A stretch of 57,637 bases of DNA from Chloropicon primus (taxonomy: Eukaryota): NCBI GenBank assembly GCA_023205875.1, contig CP060754.1, forward strand, positions 1,798,001 to 1,855,637, in the 5' to 3' direction. The position numbers and the translations under genes were made by a program. Below the pieces are notes generated by a model, which was given only the letters and a program-made list of their open reading frames with translations, was not told the origin of the DNA and did no database searches. Positions 42,041 to 52,841 of the stretch are shown piece after piece. Positions within the stretch are counted from its first letter, which is position 1. Every line of letters begins with the position of its first letter.

Positions 42041-43213
42041 ATGAATACCACTTGCAGGACCAAGACTTTACACAATACAACTTCAGGTCCAAGTCATCAC
42101 CGAAGACGACTCAGGACTCAGGCATTGCATCGCCACCAGCACCAGCACCAGCACCAGCACCACCAGCACCAACGTGGTGAGGCAGTGGGACTCGCCGCCA
42201 CCAGGAACAGGAAGGAGAGGAAGGGACCCCACACCCCTTTTCAAGGAACCAAGAGGAGCCAAACGTTTGGTTTGATTGCGAGGGCGAGGATGGACAAGGT
42301 TGAGGGGGAACAGGAACAAGACCAGGCCCAGCTGATTGACGGGAAGGCGATCGCGGAGACGATACGCGGGGAGATCAGGGACGAGGTGGCCCGCCTCAAG
42401 GAGGAGAGCGGGGGCAGGTTCGAGCCTGGACTCGCTGTCGTCCTCGTGGGCGAGCGCAAGGACTCGCAGACCTACGTCAGGAGCAAGAAGAAGGGCTGCG
42501 AGGAGGCCGGGATCAAGAGCTTCGGGACGGACTTGCCGGAGACCGCCACGGAGGAGGAGGTTCTCGCCGTGGTGAGGGAGTACAACGCCGATCCCAGGGT
42601 CCACGGCATTCTGGTCCAACTGCCCCTGCCGAGCCACATGGACGAGGAGAAGATCCTGATGGCCATCTCCATCGAGAAGGACGTGGACGGCTTCCACCCC
42701 GAGAACATCGGCAAGCTGGCCATGAGGGGGAGGGACCCCGACTTCGTGTGCTGCACCCCAAAGGGCTCCGTGGAGCTCCTTGAGAGGAGCAACATCCCGA
42801 TCGCGGGGAAGAGCGCGGTCGTGGTGGGAAGGAGCAACATCGTGGGCACCCCCGCTGCCATGCTCTTGCAGAGGAGGAACGCCACGGTCACCGTGGTGCA
42901 CTCCAGGACCCCGAACCCGGAGAAGTACATCAGGGAGGCCGACATCGTGATCGCCGCGTGCGGTGTGGCGAACTTCGTGCGGGGCGATTGGCTCAAGCCG
43001 GGCTGCGCCGTGATCGACGTGGGCATCAACGCGGTGGACGATCCCACGAAGAAGAGGGGTTACAGGCTGGTTGGCGACGTGTGCTTCGAGGAGGCCGTGA
43101 AGGTCGCGGGGCAGATCACGCCGGTGCCGGGCGGAGTGGGCCCGATGACCATCGCCATGCTCCTGCAGAACACTTTGGAGGGGGCCAAGAAAGCCTACGA
43201 GCAAGGAAAGTGA
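42041..43213 (+). CDS. folD: Bifunctional methylene-THF dehydrogenase/cyclohydrolase FolD
   Basis: IDGKAIA, HGILVQLPLP, KDVDGFHP, GRSNIVG, ITPVPGGVGPMTIAML. Start is 42041 (with presequence) or 42290. Confidence 0.95.
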   Translation: MNTTCRTKTLHNTTSGPSHHRRRLRTQALHRHQHQHQHQHHQHQRGEAVGLAATRNRKERKGPHTPFQGTKRSQTFGLIARARMDKVEGEQEQDQAQLIDGKAIAETIRGEIRDEVARLKEESGGRFEPGLAVVLVGERKDSQTYVRSKKKGCEEAGIKSFGTDLPETATEEEVLAVVREYNADPRVHGILVQLPLPSHMDEEKILMAISIEKDVDGFHPENIGKLAMRGRDPDFVCCTPKGSVELLERSNIPIAGKSAVVVGRSNIVGTPAAMLLQRRNATVTVVHSRTPNPEKYIREADIVIAACGVANFVRGDWLKPGCAVIDVGINAVDDPTKKRGYRLVGDVCFEEAVKVAGQITPVPGGVGPMTIAMLLQNTLEGAKKAYEQGK

Positions 43214-43243
43214 TTCCGAAGGTCCGTCATCTGTATTCAATTC

Positions 43244-44641
43244 TCAAGTTTTCGCGAACGTTTTAAATAGCTTCCTCATCCCGGTCTCCAGCTTGCCGAC
43301 AAAGGCATCCCACTTTTGCTTGCTGGTCTCCTTGGTCCTCTTCCTCTCGTTCTTCTGCTCCTCCTTGTGCGACTTTGCAATCTCCTTGCGGCACTCCAGG
43401 ACGATGTCCTGGATGTCCGTCACCTCGCCGTTCTCCCACATGGCCAGCGTGTCGTAAAGGTACAGCAGAGCCATCTCCTGCCTCTTGGTGTCGTCCACGA
43501 AGAAGGTCGGGGGTCGGTCGCACAGGGTCGCGAGCTTGTGCAGGGCGACCACGGGGTAGCGGTGCACTCGGTGGTACACCAAGTCGGCCGGGGACAGCTT
43601 TCCAAACTTCCTCTCCCACTTTGGGGACTTGTTCTTCGGAAAGTGGCCGGTTTCCACCCAGATCACCACGAGCTTGAGGCAGGCCCTCTCCAGCTCCTCC
43701 TTGGAGGGCATCATGCTCACGCGGCTCTCCCACTCGTTCATGAAGCTCTCCTTGAGGATGCTGGCCGCGCTGCTGTTCAGGCTCTGGCTCGCGTTCGTCG
43801 AGGACGTCGACAGCCTCTCGTCCTTCTGCTCGTCCCAAAAGTCGTGGTCCCAGAAGGAGGTGTTGCGGTCGAACTGCCTCACGCTCTTTGTGGAGAAGCG
43901 GACCCCGCTCTTCGTCGCCCCCACGAACATGACAGCGTTCACCGCCGCCTTGAACTTGGAGTTCTTCTTCTTGACCGACCCGCCGCCGCCGTCCTCGTCC
44001 CTCTCGGACCCGACCCACCTCTCCTTCATGTTCAGGTAGCTCTCCGCGTCATGGAGGCTCTCGAGGAGCTGCTCCTCGTGCAGCTGGAAGCACTTCTCCG
44101 CGTCGAGCATCTTCATCTTCTCCTCCTGCTGCTTCTCCCTGAGGTTCTTCAGCCTGAGGCTGGCGTCTCCCTCGCTGGCGTCGCTCAGGCTGCCGCTCAG
44201 GACGTTCTGCAGGTCGACCTGCATCTCAGACAGGAGGTTGTTGACCTCCTCCTTGTTGTACTTGCTCTTGGTTCCCCCCCTCGTGGAGGAGCCCTTGTAG
44301 TCCCTCTTCACCTGTTCCTGGAAAGCCCTCACCGCCGCGAGCTTCATCCTGGTGATCTTCCAGTTTTCCTTGGCCTGCGTCCCCGCCCCCCGCTTGGCGT
44401 AGCTCGTGGTCGCCTTGTTGTCCTCTTCTTCGTTGTTTTTGTCCTGTTCGTGTCGTTGTTCATGTTGTTGTTGTTGTTGTTGCTGCTGTGTGTTGTTTGT
44501 TGTTGTGTTCCTTGCGGAGTGTCTTGGTGATGTTTTCAGTATGCTCTTGACTGGTTTTGTTTTGGTTTTGGTTTTCGTTGTATTGTTATGTTGTCGTGTG
44601 TTTTTGTTTTCCTTATATTGATGATGTTGTTTGTTCTTCAT
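43244..44641 (-). CDS. Hypothetical protein
   Basis: Long ORF with strong GC3 bias; no recognised motif. Confidence 0.65.
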   Translation of the reverse strand: MKNKQHHQYKENKNTRQHNNTTKTKTKTKPVKSILKTSPRHSARNTTTNNTQQQQQQQQHEQRHEQDKNNEEEDNKATTSYAKRGAGTQAKENWKITRMKLAAVRAFQEQVKRDYKGSSTRGGTKSKYNKEEVNNLLSEMQVDLQNVLSGSLSDASEGDASLRLKNLREKQQEEKMKMLDAEKCFQLHEEQLLESLHDAESYLNMKERWVGSERDEDGGGGSVKKKNSKFKAAVNAVMFVGATKSGVRFSTKSVRQFDRNTSFWDHDFWDEQKDERLSTSSTNASQSLNSSAASILKESFMNEWESRVSMMPSKEELERACLKLVVIWVETGHFPKNKSPKWERKFGKLSPADLVYHRVHRYPVVALHKLATLCDRPPTFFVDDTKRQEMALLYLYDTLAMWENGEVTDIQDIVLECRKEIAKSHKEEQKNERKRTKETSKQKWDAFVGKLETGMRKLFKTFAKT

Positions 44642-45156
44642 GGTCGTCGTGTTGGTTACGTCTCCTCTCTCCTCTCTCCTCTCTCTCCTCGTCGTGTGTG
44701 TGTAACGGAAGACCGAGGGAAGTCGAGGGAGGGGTGGAAATTTCCATTCACAACCCACACGACACAAGAACGAACAAGAAAGAACAAAAGAACAAGACAC
44801 GAAGGAAGAAGGAAAGTCTTTTCTTTTGGGTTTGGGTTTGGGTTTGGGTTTGTTTTTCTTATTCCTTTCCAAAGAGGAGAGAGAAGGAGAGGCGAGGATC
44901 TCCTCTCATCTCCACCCCATACCCCCCATCCCCCATCACGAGATCCTTCTTCCTCGTCCTAACACAAGAACAACACAAAGGCAAAGGCAAAGGCAAAGGC
45001 AAAGACAAAGACAAAGACAAAGAGGGTCTTCTCGTGGTTCTTGTTCTTTTTCCCTTTTTCCTTTTTCCTCGCGGCCTCGTTCCCCTCCACACACACACAC
45101 GTGACGCGACACATCAGACAACCCACAACAAGAAGAAACGCACACGACAACGACAA

Positions 45157-45198
<42 letters not shown>

Positions 45199-45220
45199 GG
45201 GGAAGCCGACCGAGCCGAGG

Positions 45221-48069
45221 ATGAACCTTGCCAGACGCCGCGGCTTCCCACGCTTCCTCCTGCTCCAGGGGCTGCTGGGACTCTTGCTCTTGACCGGCAA
45301 TGGGGAAGGAGCGAGGGAACCGAGGACACAGAGGACGAGGAGGACGCCAAACAATACCAATACCAACAACACCAATACCAATACCAATACAACCCACGCA
45401 AACGTAACCACTGGGAAGACCAAAGCGTTTCGGATCACCGACTCGATCCGTGCTGTGGTCTCGGTGGAGGAGGACTTCAGCCTGTGCTTCGAGGACGCGG
45501 ACACGGGGGAGGAGGTCCTGTGCACCGTCCCCGAGGGCTCCCGAGCAGGCTCGCTCGAGGCGGGAAAGTGGGTGGGCGTGAACCTCCAAAAGTACTTTTA
45601 CGAGGGTTACTCGATGAGGATCGGGCACAGGGTGTGGACCACGAGGTCGCTCCAGGTGCAGGCGGACTCCATCTCCTTCGACAATGAGGACGAGGACGGC
45701 TCCTCCGGGACCGCGGGCACGCTGAGGTTCCAAGTTGTCCTTCAACAGGAGGAGCTGGCGAGCGTGGAGGTCAGGCGCGCCTCCGGGGAGTTCCCGGACG
45801 CCGTCTCAGTGCGAGTCAAAACCAAAGTGGGCAACAGGCTGAAGATCAACCTGGTGCCGAGGGACGCGGGCCCGGAGGCCCGGGGAAAGGGCTCGAGGAG
45901 AGAAAAGCTCTTGGGTCTGGGGGAGCGCTACGGGTTTCTGGACCAGCGGGGCAAGGTCGTGTACTGCTGGGCGGAGGACGGGGGCTGGACCGTCGGGCCC
46001 TTCAAGCGGTTCCCCAAAGGCAAGGAGACCACGTACATGCCAGTGCCCTTCGTCCTGTCCTCCGAGGGGCACGGGATCTGGCTCAACACCACGAGGAGGA
46101 CTAACTGGGACCTCGACTCGGAGGGGGACGGGCGGTACTCCCTGGAGGTCGAGGGCCGGGAGATCGACATGGTGGTGATCAACGGAAAGGCCCCGGCGAG
46201 GACGCTCGAGGTGTTCACCGGGATGGTGGGCCGGGCCTTGATTCCACCGGAGTTCCAGTTCGGGCCCTGGAACAACTTCTTCAACGAGTTCGACCGAGAC
46301 ACGCCCGCGGAGCAGCAGGCCAGCAAGTTCGTGGAGCTCGACATCCCTTCCTCGGTGACCGACTACGCGATCCACTTCCTGCCTGGCGGCAAGGATTTGG
46401 ACCCCAAGCGTCTCAGCAGTGCCACCGCAGAGATGAGAAGCATGGGGATCGCACCCCTGGCTTATTTCAACTCGATGATCGACGAGAGGTACGAGTCGAT
46501 GTACCAGCACGCAAAGGGTAAGTCCGCGCGCGCAACGAGAGCGCCCCGAGGGAACGCGCTTACTGACACGTCCTGCCCCTCCTTCCTTCTTCTTCTTCTC
46601 GTGTTCCTCCAGAGCGAGGCCTCTTCGTGAAGAGCAGGTGGGGGACTCCCTGGAAGTTCTACTACAAGGGCGCGGGGTACAAGCCCTTCGAGGTGGGCCT
46701 GCTGGACTTCACCAACCCCGAGTCCAGGACCTTTTTCGCGAGCCTTCTGGACAACTCCACCGAGCTTGGGTTCAAGGGCTTCATGTACGACTACGGGGAA
46801 TACGTGGATCCCGGGATGAGGTTCCACGATGGCACCAAGGGCGACGAGACGCACAACGCGTACCCGGTTGCGTATCAGAGCGTAGCCTACGACTACTTCA
46901 GATCCCTCTCCCCGTCCCCGAGGGGCGAGGGGTACGCTCCACCGTACATCTTTTATGCGAGGGCTGGGTACACCGGGACCGGGGGGAGGACCTGGGCAGC
47001 GTGGACCGGCGACCCGACGAGCGACTGGGACAAGTCGACCGGCCTTGGAGCTCAGGTGAAGGCCATGCTTAGCGCGGGGCTCTCGGGCGTGCCCTTCATC
47101 GGAAGCGACATCGGGGGCTTCGTGTGGGTCGAGCCCCCGACCTTGGAGCTTTGGGTCAGGTGGGTCCAAGTGGGCTCCGTCTCCGGCATCATGAGGATGC
47201 AAACCGGCGGGACTTCTCTCTTGGGCAAGGAGAAGACCCACGTCCACGATTCACCGCTCGGAACTTTCATCTACAGAAGGTACGCCAAGTTGCGGACGTC
47301 CTTGTTCCCCTACCTGTACACGGCGGCCCACGCCGCCCGAGCCAAGGGCACGCCCCTGGTGAGGCACCACATCCTGGAGGCCTGGTGGCGCGACGAGGTC
47401 GCGATCGAGCAGGAGTACCAGTACATGCTTGGCCCCTCCCTGCTCTGCGCCCCCGTGGTGAATCGCGGGCAGTCCAAGCAAAGCGTGTACCTCCCCCGCG
47501 GAGCTGCTTGGTACGACCTCATGTCTCACCTCAGGTACGACCGGCAGGACGGGAGGCACCGCCTCGGGTCCTCGGAGCTCCTGCGGGGCGGCCAGTGGGT
47601 CACGGTGGAGGCCCCGCTGGAGAGCCTCCCCCTGTTCGCGAAGTCCGGGAGCGCCGTCCCGACCTTGTCCCCGGAGGTGGCCACCCTCAACGAGGCCCTG
47701 GACCCGAGGGTCGTGACCCTGAGCGACCTGGGCCACCTCCTGCACTGGTGGGTGTTTCCCGACGGGGACTCCTGCGCGGAGGGGTCCACCTGGGACGGCG
47801 CTGGACTCACTCTCTACAACGGCACGACGATCTTCTTGCACGACGACAGGAAAAGGTCCTGGGTCATCCAGGTGGCGGGACCCGCGGGCGACTCGTCTCG
47901 CTGGTTCGTTCCCGGCGTCCCCCGCGTCTCCTCTTGGCGCGAGGTCCTGGAGTCTCCCTCCCCGTCTTGGTCCTCGGACCCCGCCCAGCGGACTCTATGG
48001 CTCAAGGTCGACACCGGTTCCGTGGACCGGGTCGACCTCGGCCGAGGAGGTTCAGGTCTCGAGGAGTAG
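45221..48069 (+). CDS. Secreted glycoside hydrolase family 31; intron 46518-46612
   Basis: Signal peptide, GLGERY, YMPVPF, nucleophile motif GFMYDYGE, HNAYP, WTGD, GSDIGGF, QYMLGPSLLCAPV. Splicing restores AK-ERGLFVKS. Confidence 0.88.
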
Positions 48070-48211
48070 GAGTGGGAGGAGTAGGATCCTAGTTCCATCT
48101 TGGTCCTTTCCTTTCCTTTCCTTTCCTTGTTCACAGACATTGTACTGTAATACTATATGTGTTCCTCCTCCTCTCTCTCGTCTCTCCTTGTGCGTGTGTG
48201 TGTGTGCGTGT

Positions 48212-48245
<34 letters not shown>

Positions 48246-48601
48246 TTGTGTGTATGCGTATGCGTGTGTGTGTTTGTGTGTGTGTGTTATGTTGTCCTGG
48301 TCCTCCGTTTGTTAGCCCTGTGTTGTCCTCGTGTTTCCCCCCCTGATTGGGGTATATTGTTTTGGGTGTAATGTTATGTTTACACTTATTCATGATATGC
48401 GGCGGCGGCGGGTTTGAGTTGGTGTGTTATGTGTTGTGTGTCCCCCGCCTAAGATGGATTATGTACTCGTTCCTTTTCCACTGAGAGAAGAGAAACCACA
48501 AAAGCCCAAGAGGAACGAACAACGGGAGGAGCCGGACGCCCACAGGAGAGAGAGTCGAGGGAGGCGCACCAACACGAGAAACAACACACACCTGAGACAC
48601 C

Positions 48602-49302
48602 ATGGTCAACATACCGAAAATGAAGAAGGCATACTGCAAGGACCCTAAGTGCAGGAGTCACCAATTGCATAAGGTCACCCAGTACAAAACAGGGAAAGCA
48701 TCCTTGTACGCACAAGGTAAAAGGAGATACGACTCCAAGCAGAGTGGTTACGGGGGACAAACCAAACCAGTCTTCCACAAGAAGGCAAAGACGACCAAGA
48801 AGATCGTGCTTAGGCTCGCATGCCAGGTAAGCCACTAACACACACACACACGCGCGCACACGCACGCGAAAACGACGGCGAGGAAACCAAAACCAACCGC
48901 GAACCCCTCGACTCGAAGAAAGAAGAACGAAACAAACACGAAACCACCTTCTTAGTGCACCGCGACGCGGCGCTGCACCGAGGGAAGGGCCGTCGGGAGG
49001 ACGCAAAAGAGCGGGGACGCGGCACCGTGGGGTCGAACGAGAGGAAACCCGAGGAGGAAGACCAAGACCAAGACACCCATCATCGCTCGCTCTCAAAAAC
49101 GAAAACAAAAACGGAAACGAAACGGAGGATCGTTCGAGCTTATCTGACAAACTGTTTCTTCTCCCTCCTTCCTTGCCTCGCCTCGTTTGACGCATCATCT
49201 CCACCACAGAAATGCAAGACCGTTTGCATGCAGCCCATCAAGCGTTGCAAGCACTTCGAGATCGGAGGGGACAAGAAGAAGAAGGGAGGACTGTTCCAGT
49301 AG
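48602..49302 (+). CDS. RPL36A: 60S ribosomal protein eL42 (L36a/L44); intron 48827-49209
   Basis: MVNIPK...[11 protein letters not shown]...[26 protein letters not shown]...[14 protein letters not shown]. Confidence 0.97.
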
Positions 49303-49498
49303 ATGCCCTTCTGTCTTCGAGGTGTATTATGGGGACTCTATATTAGTAGCGACGCCAGCAGCAGTCTGAACTCGCAAAACCTCTTTAATATAACATTCCT
49401 TAGCTAGGGACAAACGTTAGAGAGCGTGGGGGGCCTCCTCACACCATCACCATCACCACGTGATATCGATATCGCGACCTCCCGCGTCGGCGCGTGCG

Positions 49499-51337
49499 TC
49501 AGAACTCGGCATGCCCGGGGTACCTGGGGAAGGGCGTGACGTCCCTGATGTTCTCCAGACCCGTGACAAGCTGCACGAGCCTCTCGAAGCCGAGGCCGAA
49601 GCCGGCGTGCTTCACGGTCCCGTAGACTCTGAGCTCCCTGTACCACCACAGCGACTCGAGGACGTCGTGCTTCTTCATGTTCCCCTCGAGGATCTCCAGC
49701 CTCTCCTCCCTGGCGCTGCCACCCACAAGCTCCCCGATTCCGGGGACCAGCAAGTCCACCGCCGCAACCGTCTTGCCGTCCTCGTTGAGGCGCATGTAGA
49801 ATGCTTTGATGTCCTTGGGGTAGTCCGTGACGAACACCGGAGTGCCCTCGAAGACTTTCTCGCAAAGGTACCTCTCGTGCTCCGTCTGGAGATCGCAGCC
49901 CCACTCTACCGGGTACTCGAACTTGGCGTCCCCACGCTCCGAGGCACTCAGCAAGCACTCCACGGCCTCCGTGTACGTGACCTTGTGCCAATCGCATTCC
50001 AGGAAGTGCCTCAGGAGGTCCGCCCTGCCCTCCGAGACAAAGTCGGAGAAGAAGGCCAAGTCCTCGGCGTTCTTGTTCAGCACAGCCCCCAAGCAGTGCT
50101 TGATGTAAGCCTCGCTGCAGTTGATCACGTCCTCCAAGCCAGCAAAGGCGAGCTCGGGCTCCAGCATCCAGAACTCAGCCAGGTGCCTCTGGGTGTTGGA
50201 GTTCTCGGCCCGGAACGTCGGGCCAAAGGTGTACACGTCCCGGACGGCGCAGGCGTACGTCTCGGCCTCCAGCTGGCCGGAGACCGTGAGGTACGCCGGC
50301 CCGCCGAAGAAGTCCAGCTCGGGCCCGCCCTCGCCCTCTTGCGCTCTCCTCTCCATCTCCTCGACCTTGGACTTGAGCTCGAGCAGGACGGCGATCTCGC
50401 CCTTCGCGTAAGCGTTCGGGTTCTCCCCCAATTCCTTGGCCTTCTCCTTGGCCTCCTTCACCGCCAGCCCCTGCTTTGCGACCTCCCCGCGCGCCCTCTC
50501 CAAGGCTCCCTCGACGTCTTCCCCTTCGCTGGCTCCAGAGACCTCGGAGTCCGCGGCGGCCGTCGTGATCCTGAAAGCCTCCCCCGCCCCCTCGCAGTCA
50601 CTCCTGGTGATGACCGGGGTGTTGACGTACGTGAACCCGTTCTCCCCGAAGAAATCGTGCGTGCATTGGGTCAGGGTGCTGCGGACCCTCGCCATGCACT
50701 GGATGGTTCGCGTGCGGGGCCGCAGGTGAGCCACCGACCGAAGGAACTCCAGGGAGTGCTTCTTCTTCTGCAGGGGGTAGTCCTTGGCGGAGCACTCCCC
50801 GAGGACCTCGATCTCCTGGGCCTGCAGCTCGCACTTCTGGCCCTTTGCCCTCGAGGCCACCACCCTCCCCGTCACGCGCACGGAGGCCCCGGTGGCGCAC
50901 GACCCGTCCGCAACGAGGGCGTGGGCTCCGGGAGCCTCCGCCAGGGAAGCCACGACCTGGAGTCCGCTCGCGCAGCTCCCGTCGCTCACGTCGAGGAAGG
51001 CCACGCTCTTCTGCGCCCGCGAGCTCCGAACCCAGCCGAACACCTCGCAGACCTCGTCCTCCCCCCGGCCGCCCTCCGCGCTCAGTATGTCCGATATGCG
51101 CGGCGGACGCTGGAAGACCCCCGTCGTCTTCGTCCCCGTCGTGGTCCGAATGGCTCTCGACCTCACCAAGCTCGCCTTCCTCGGTCCCAAGCGAACCAGG
51201 AGCCTCTCGCTCCCGCTCCCGCTCCCTCCCCTCCCCTGCGGCCTCCCCTTGAAGCACCTCCTGTAGCTTGGCGCAGCAGCTGACATGGCGGCGAAGTGTT
51301 GCCTCTGCCCGGACCAAACCTGAACCAACCGGTTCAT
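49499..51337 (-). CDS. asnS: Asparagine--tRNA ligase with a WHEP-like insertion and a probable organellar presequence
   Basis: HLRPRT, SDCEGAGEAF, LTVSGQLEAE, GPTFRAENS, RHLAEFWM, GFGLGFER. Start uncertain (51337 or 51287). Confidence 0.93.
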   Translation of the reverse strand: MNRLVQVWSGQRQHFAAMSAAAPSYRRCFKGRPQGRGGSGSGSERLLVRLGPRKASLVRSRAIRTTTGTKTTGVFQRPPRISDILSAEGGRGEDEVCEVFGWVRSSRAQKSVAFLDVSDGSCASGLQVVASLAEAPGAHALVADGSCATGASVRVTGRVVASRAKGQKCELQAQEIEVLGECSAKDYPLQKKKHSLEFLRSVAHLRPRTRTIQCMARVRSTLTQCTHDFFGENGFTYVNTPVITRSDCEGAGEAFRITTAAADSEVSGASEGEDVEGALERARGEVAKQGLAVKEAKEKAKELGENPNAYAKGEIAVLLELKSKVEEMERRAQEGEGGPELDFFGGPAYLTVSGQLEAETYACAVRDVYTFGPTFRAENSNTQRHLAEFWMLEPELAFAGLEDVINCSEAYIKHCLGAVLNKNAEDLAFFSDFVSEGRADLLRHFLECDWHKVTYTEAVECLLSASERGDAKFEYPVEWGCDLQTEHERYLCEKVFEGTPVFVTDYPKDIKAFYMRLNEDGKTVAAVDLLVPGIGELVGGSAREERLEILEGNMKKHDVLESLWWYRELRVYGTVKHAGFGLGFERLVQLVTGLENIRDVTPFPRYPGHAEF

Positions 51338-51644
51338 GTCTCGTGTCTCAGGGCTCCACTCTTTCGTTCCCTCCTCCTCCTCTTCCTCTCCTCGCGACGG
51401 TCTCCTCCTCCTCCTCCTGCGCCGAGAGCCGAGGACCACAAGCGAGAAATAAATGAGAGGAGCAAGGAAGCAAAGGAGGGGAACGACCGAGAACCCAACC
51501 AGGATCGCCGTCCTGGAAGGATGGAATGTGGTTTATACGACAAGGCTGCTTTAGAGGTTAGGACCTTGTCCTTCTTCTTCTTAACGAGCAACGGGGCGCA
51601 CCCACAGAGACCTCCCTGCGGGTCCGGGGATCCTTCTCCGCCTC

Positions 51645-52511
51645 TCAACAGTCCCAAGCGGCGAGCTTCTCCAGGAACGCCAGGACGTCCCTCGGCTCCC
51701 TGACCGAGTACGAGGCCACGGTAGGCTTTACTACGGTGCTCACCAGGATCCCGCACCCCGTGCCCATCTCCTTTATCTTTGCAAAGGCGTCCTCGTCCGT
51801 CTTGTCGTCGCCCAAGTAAATCGGGAAGGACTCCTCGTCCGCGAGCTTGAACACCGTGTTGAGCAAGTACGACAGGGCGTGGCCCTTGTTCCAAGTGATC
51901 TGGGGCCTGACCTCGAAGACTTTCCTCCCCTTCTTCATCTGCAGGCCCTTTGCCTCCACCACGTCCCTCACGATGGCTTCGATGTCTCCAATGGAATCAG
52001 GACTGGAATTCCGGAAGTGGACGCTGCAGCAGAACTTGTTGTCCTCAATGGTAACCCCTTGTATACCTTTGGTCTTCTGCTCCAGGATGTGCCTCACCTC
52101 CCTCACCAGCTCGATGTCGAGGCCCGGGGGCCTGTGGCTCACGCTGGGCTCGTCCTCGCCCTCGTCCCGCTCCTTGGGAGGCGGGGCCGGTCCCTCGATG
52201 TCGAGGCCGTGGGATCCCGCGTAGTACAGGTGGTCGAGCTTGACGAAGTTCTTGACCTTTTCCAGGGCCCTCCCGCTTATGATGCTCGTCCGAAACTTCT
52301 CCGACACCCGGTTGACGGCCCGTCGCATCTCCTCGGACATCTCCGCCTTGTCCGGGTCGTTCACTATCGGGCTCAAGGTCCCGTCGTAGTCCAGGAAGAC
52401 GCACACCTGCGTTCCCCTCCTCTTGGCCTCCGACAAGCAGTCTTCGAAGTTCTCCAGCGCGCAGGGCGGGTTGCACGATGGCCCTCGCCCTTCCCCCGAG
52501 GAGCCCGCCAT
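51645..52511 (-). CDS. Trehalose-6-phosphate phosphatase (single-domain HAD IIB)
   Basis: FLDYDGTLSPIV, IISGR, YAGSHGLDI, NKFCCSVHFR, GRKVFEVRP, WNKG, YLGDDKTDEDAF. Confidence 0.92.
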   Translation of the reverse strand: MAGSSGEGRGPSCNPPCALENFEDCLSEAKRRGTQVCVFLDYDGTLSPIVNDPDKAEMSEEMRRAVNRVSEKFRTSIISGRALEKVKNFVKLDHLYYAGSHGLDIEGPAPPPKERDEGEDEPSVSHRPPGLDIELVREVRHILEQKTKGIQGVTIEDNKFCCSVHFRNSSPDSIGDIEAIVRDVVEAKGLQMKKGRKVFEVRPQITWNKGHALSYLLNTVFKLADEESFPIYLGDDKTDEDAFAKIKEMGTGCGILVSTVVKPTVASYSVREPRDVLAFLEKLAAWDC

Positions 52512-52841
52512 CCTACCCTCAACCTCTCCTCCCTCTCGCAACATCAGGACCCAAAGCCTTGTTGTTTGTTGTGAGGTGTGTTCGTGTTCCCTCCCTCCCT
52601 GTTGTTGTTGTTGTTGTTGTTGGTAGTGGTGGTGTGTTCCCTCGTTTTGTGTTCTTGTTGTCCCTCCCCCTCCCTGTCTTCCTCTTGTGTTCGCTCGCTC
52701 TCGCTCTCGCTCTCTTCTGCTCTTCTTCTTTTGGTTTGAGGAGAGCAGGAGACAGAGAGAGAGAGAGAGAGGAACAACATCACGACAACGACAACGACAA
52801 CGAGAACGAGAACGAGAACGAGGAAGACGACGAGGAGGAAG

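Noticed and set aside
44400..45200. Extensive tri- and hexanucleotide repeats around gene starts (also 17270-17400, 36290-36460, 37430-37480, 52600-52960)
   Set aside because: A window-wide feature of UTRs and N-termini; ordinary microsatellites that also create spurious N-terminal ORF extensions.
48827..49209. Intronic snoRNA in the long RPL36A intron
   Set aside because: No box C/D pair or convincing H/ACA structure was seen.
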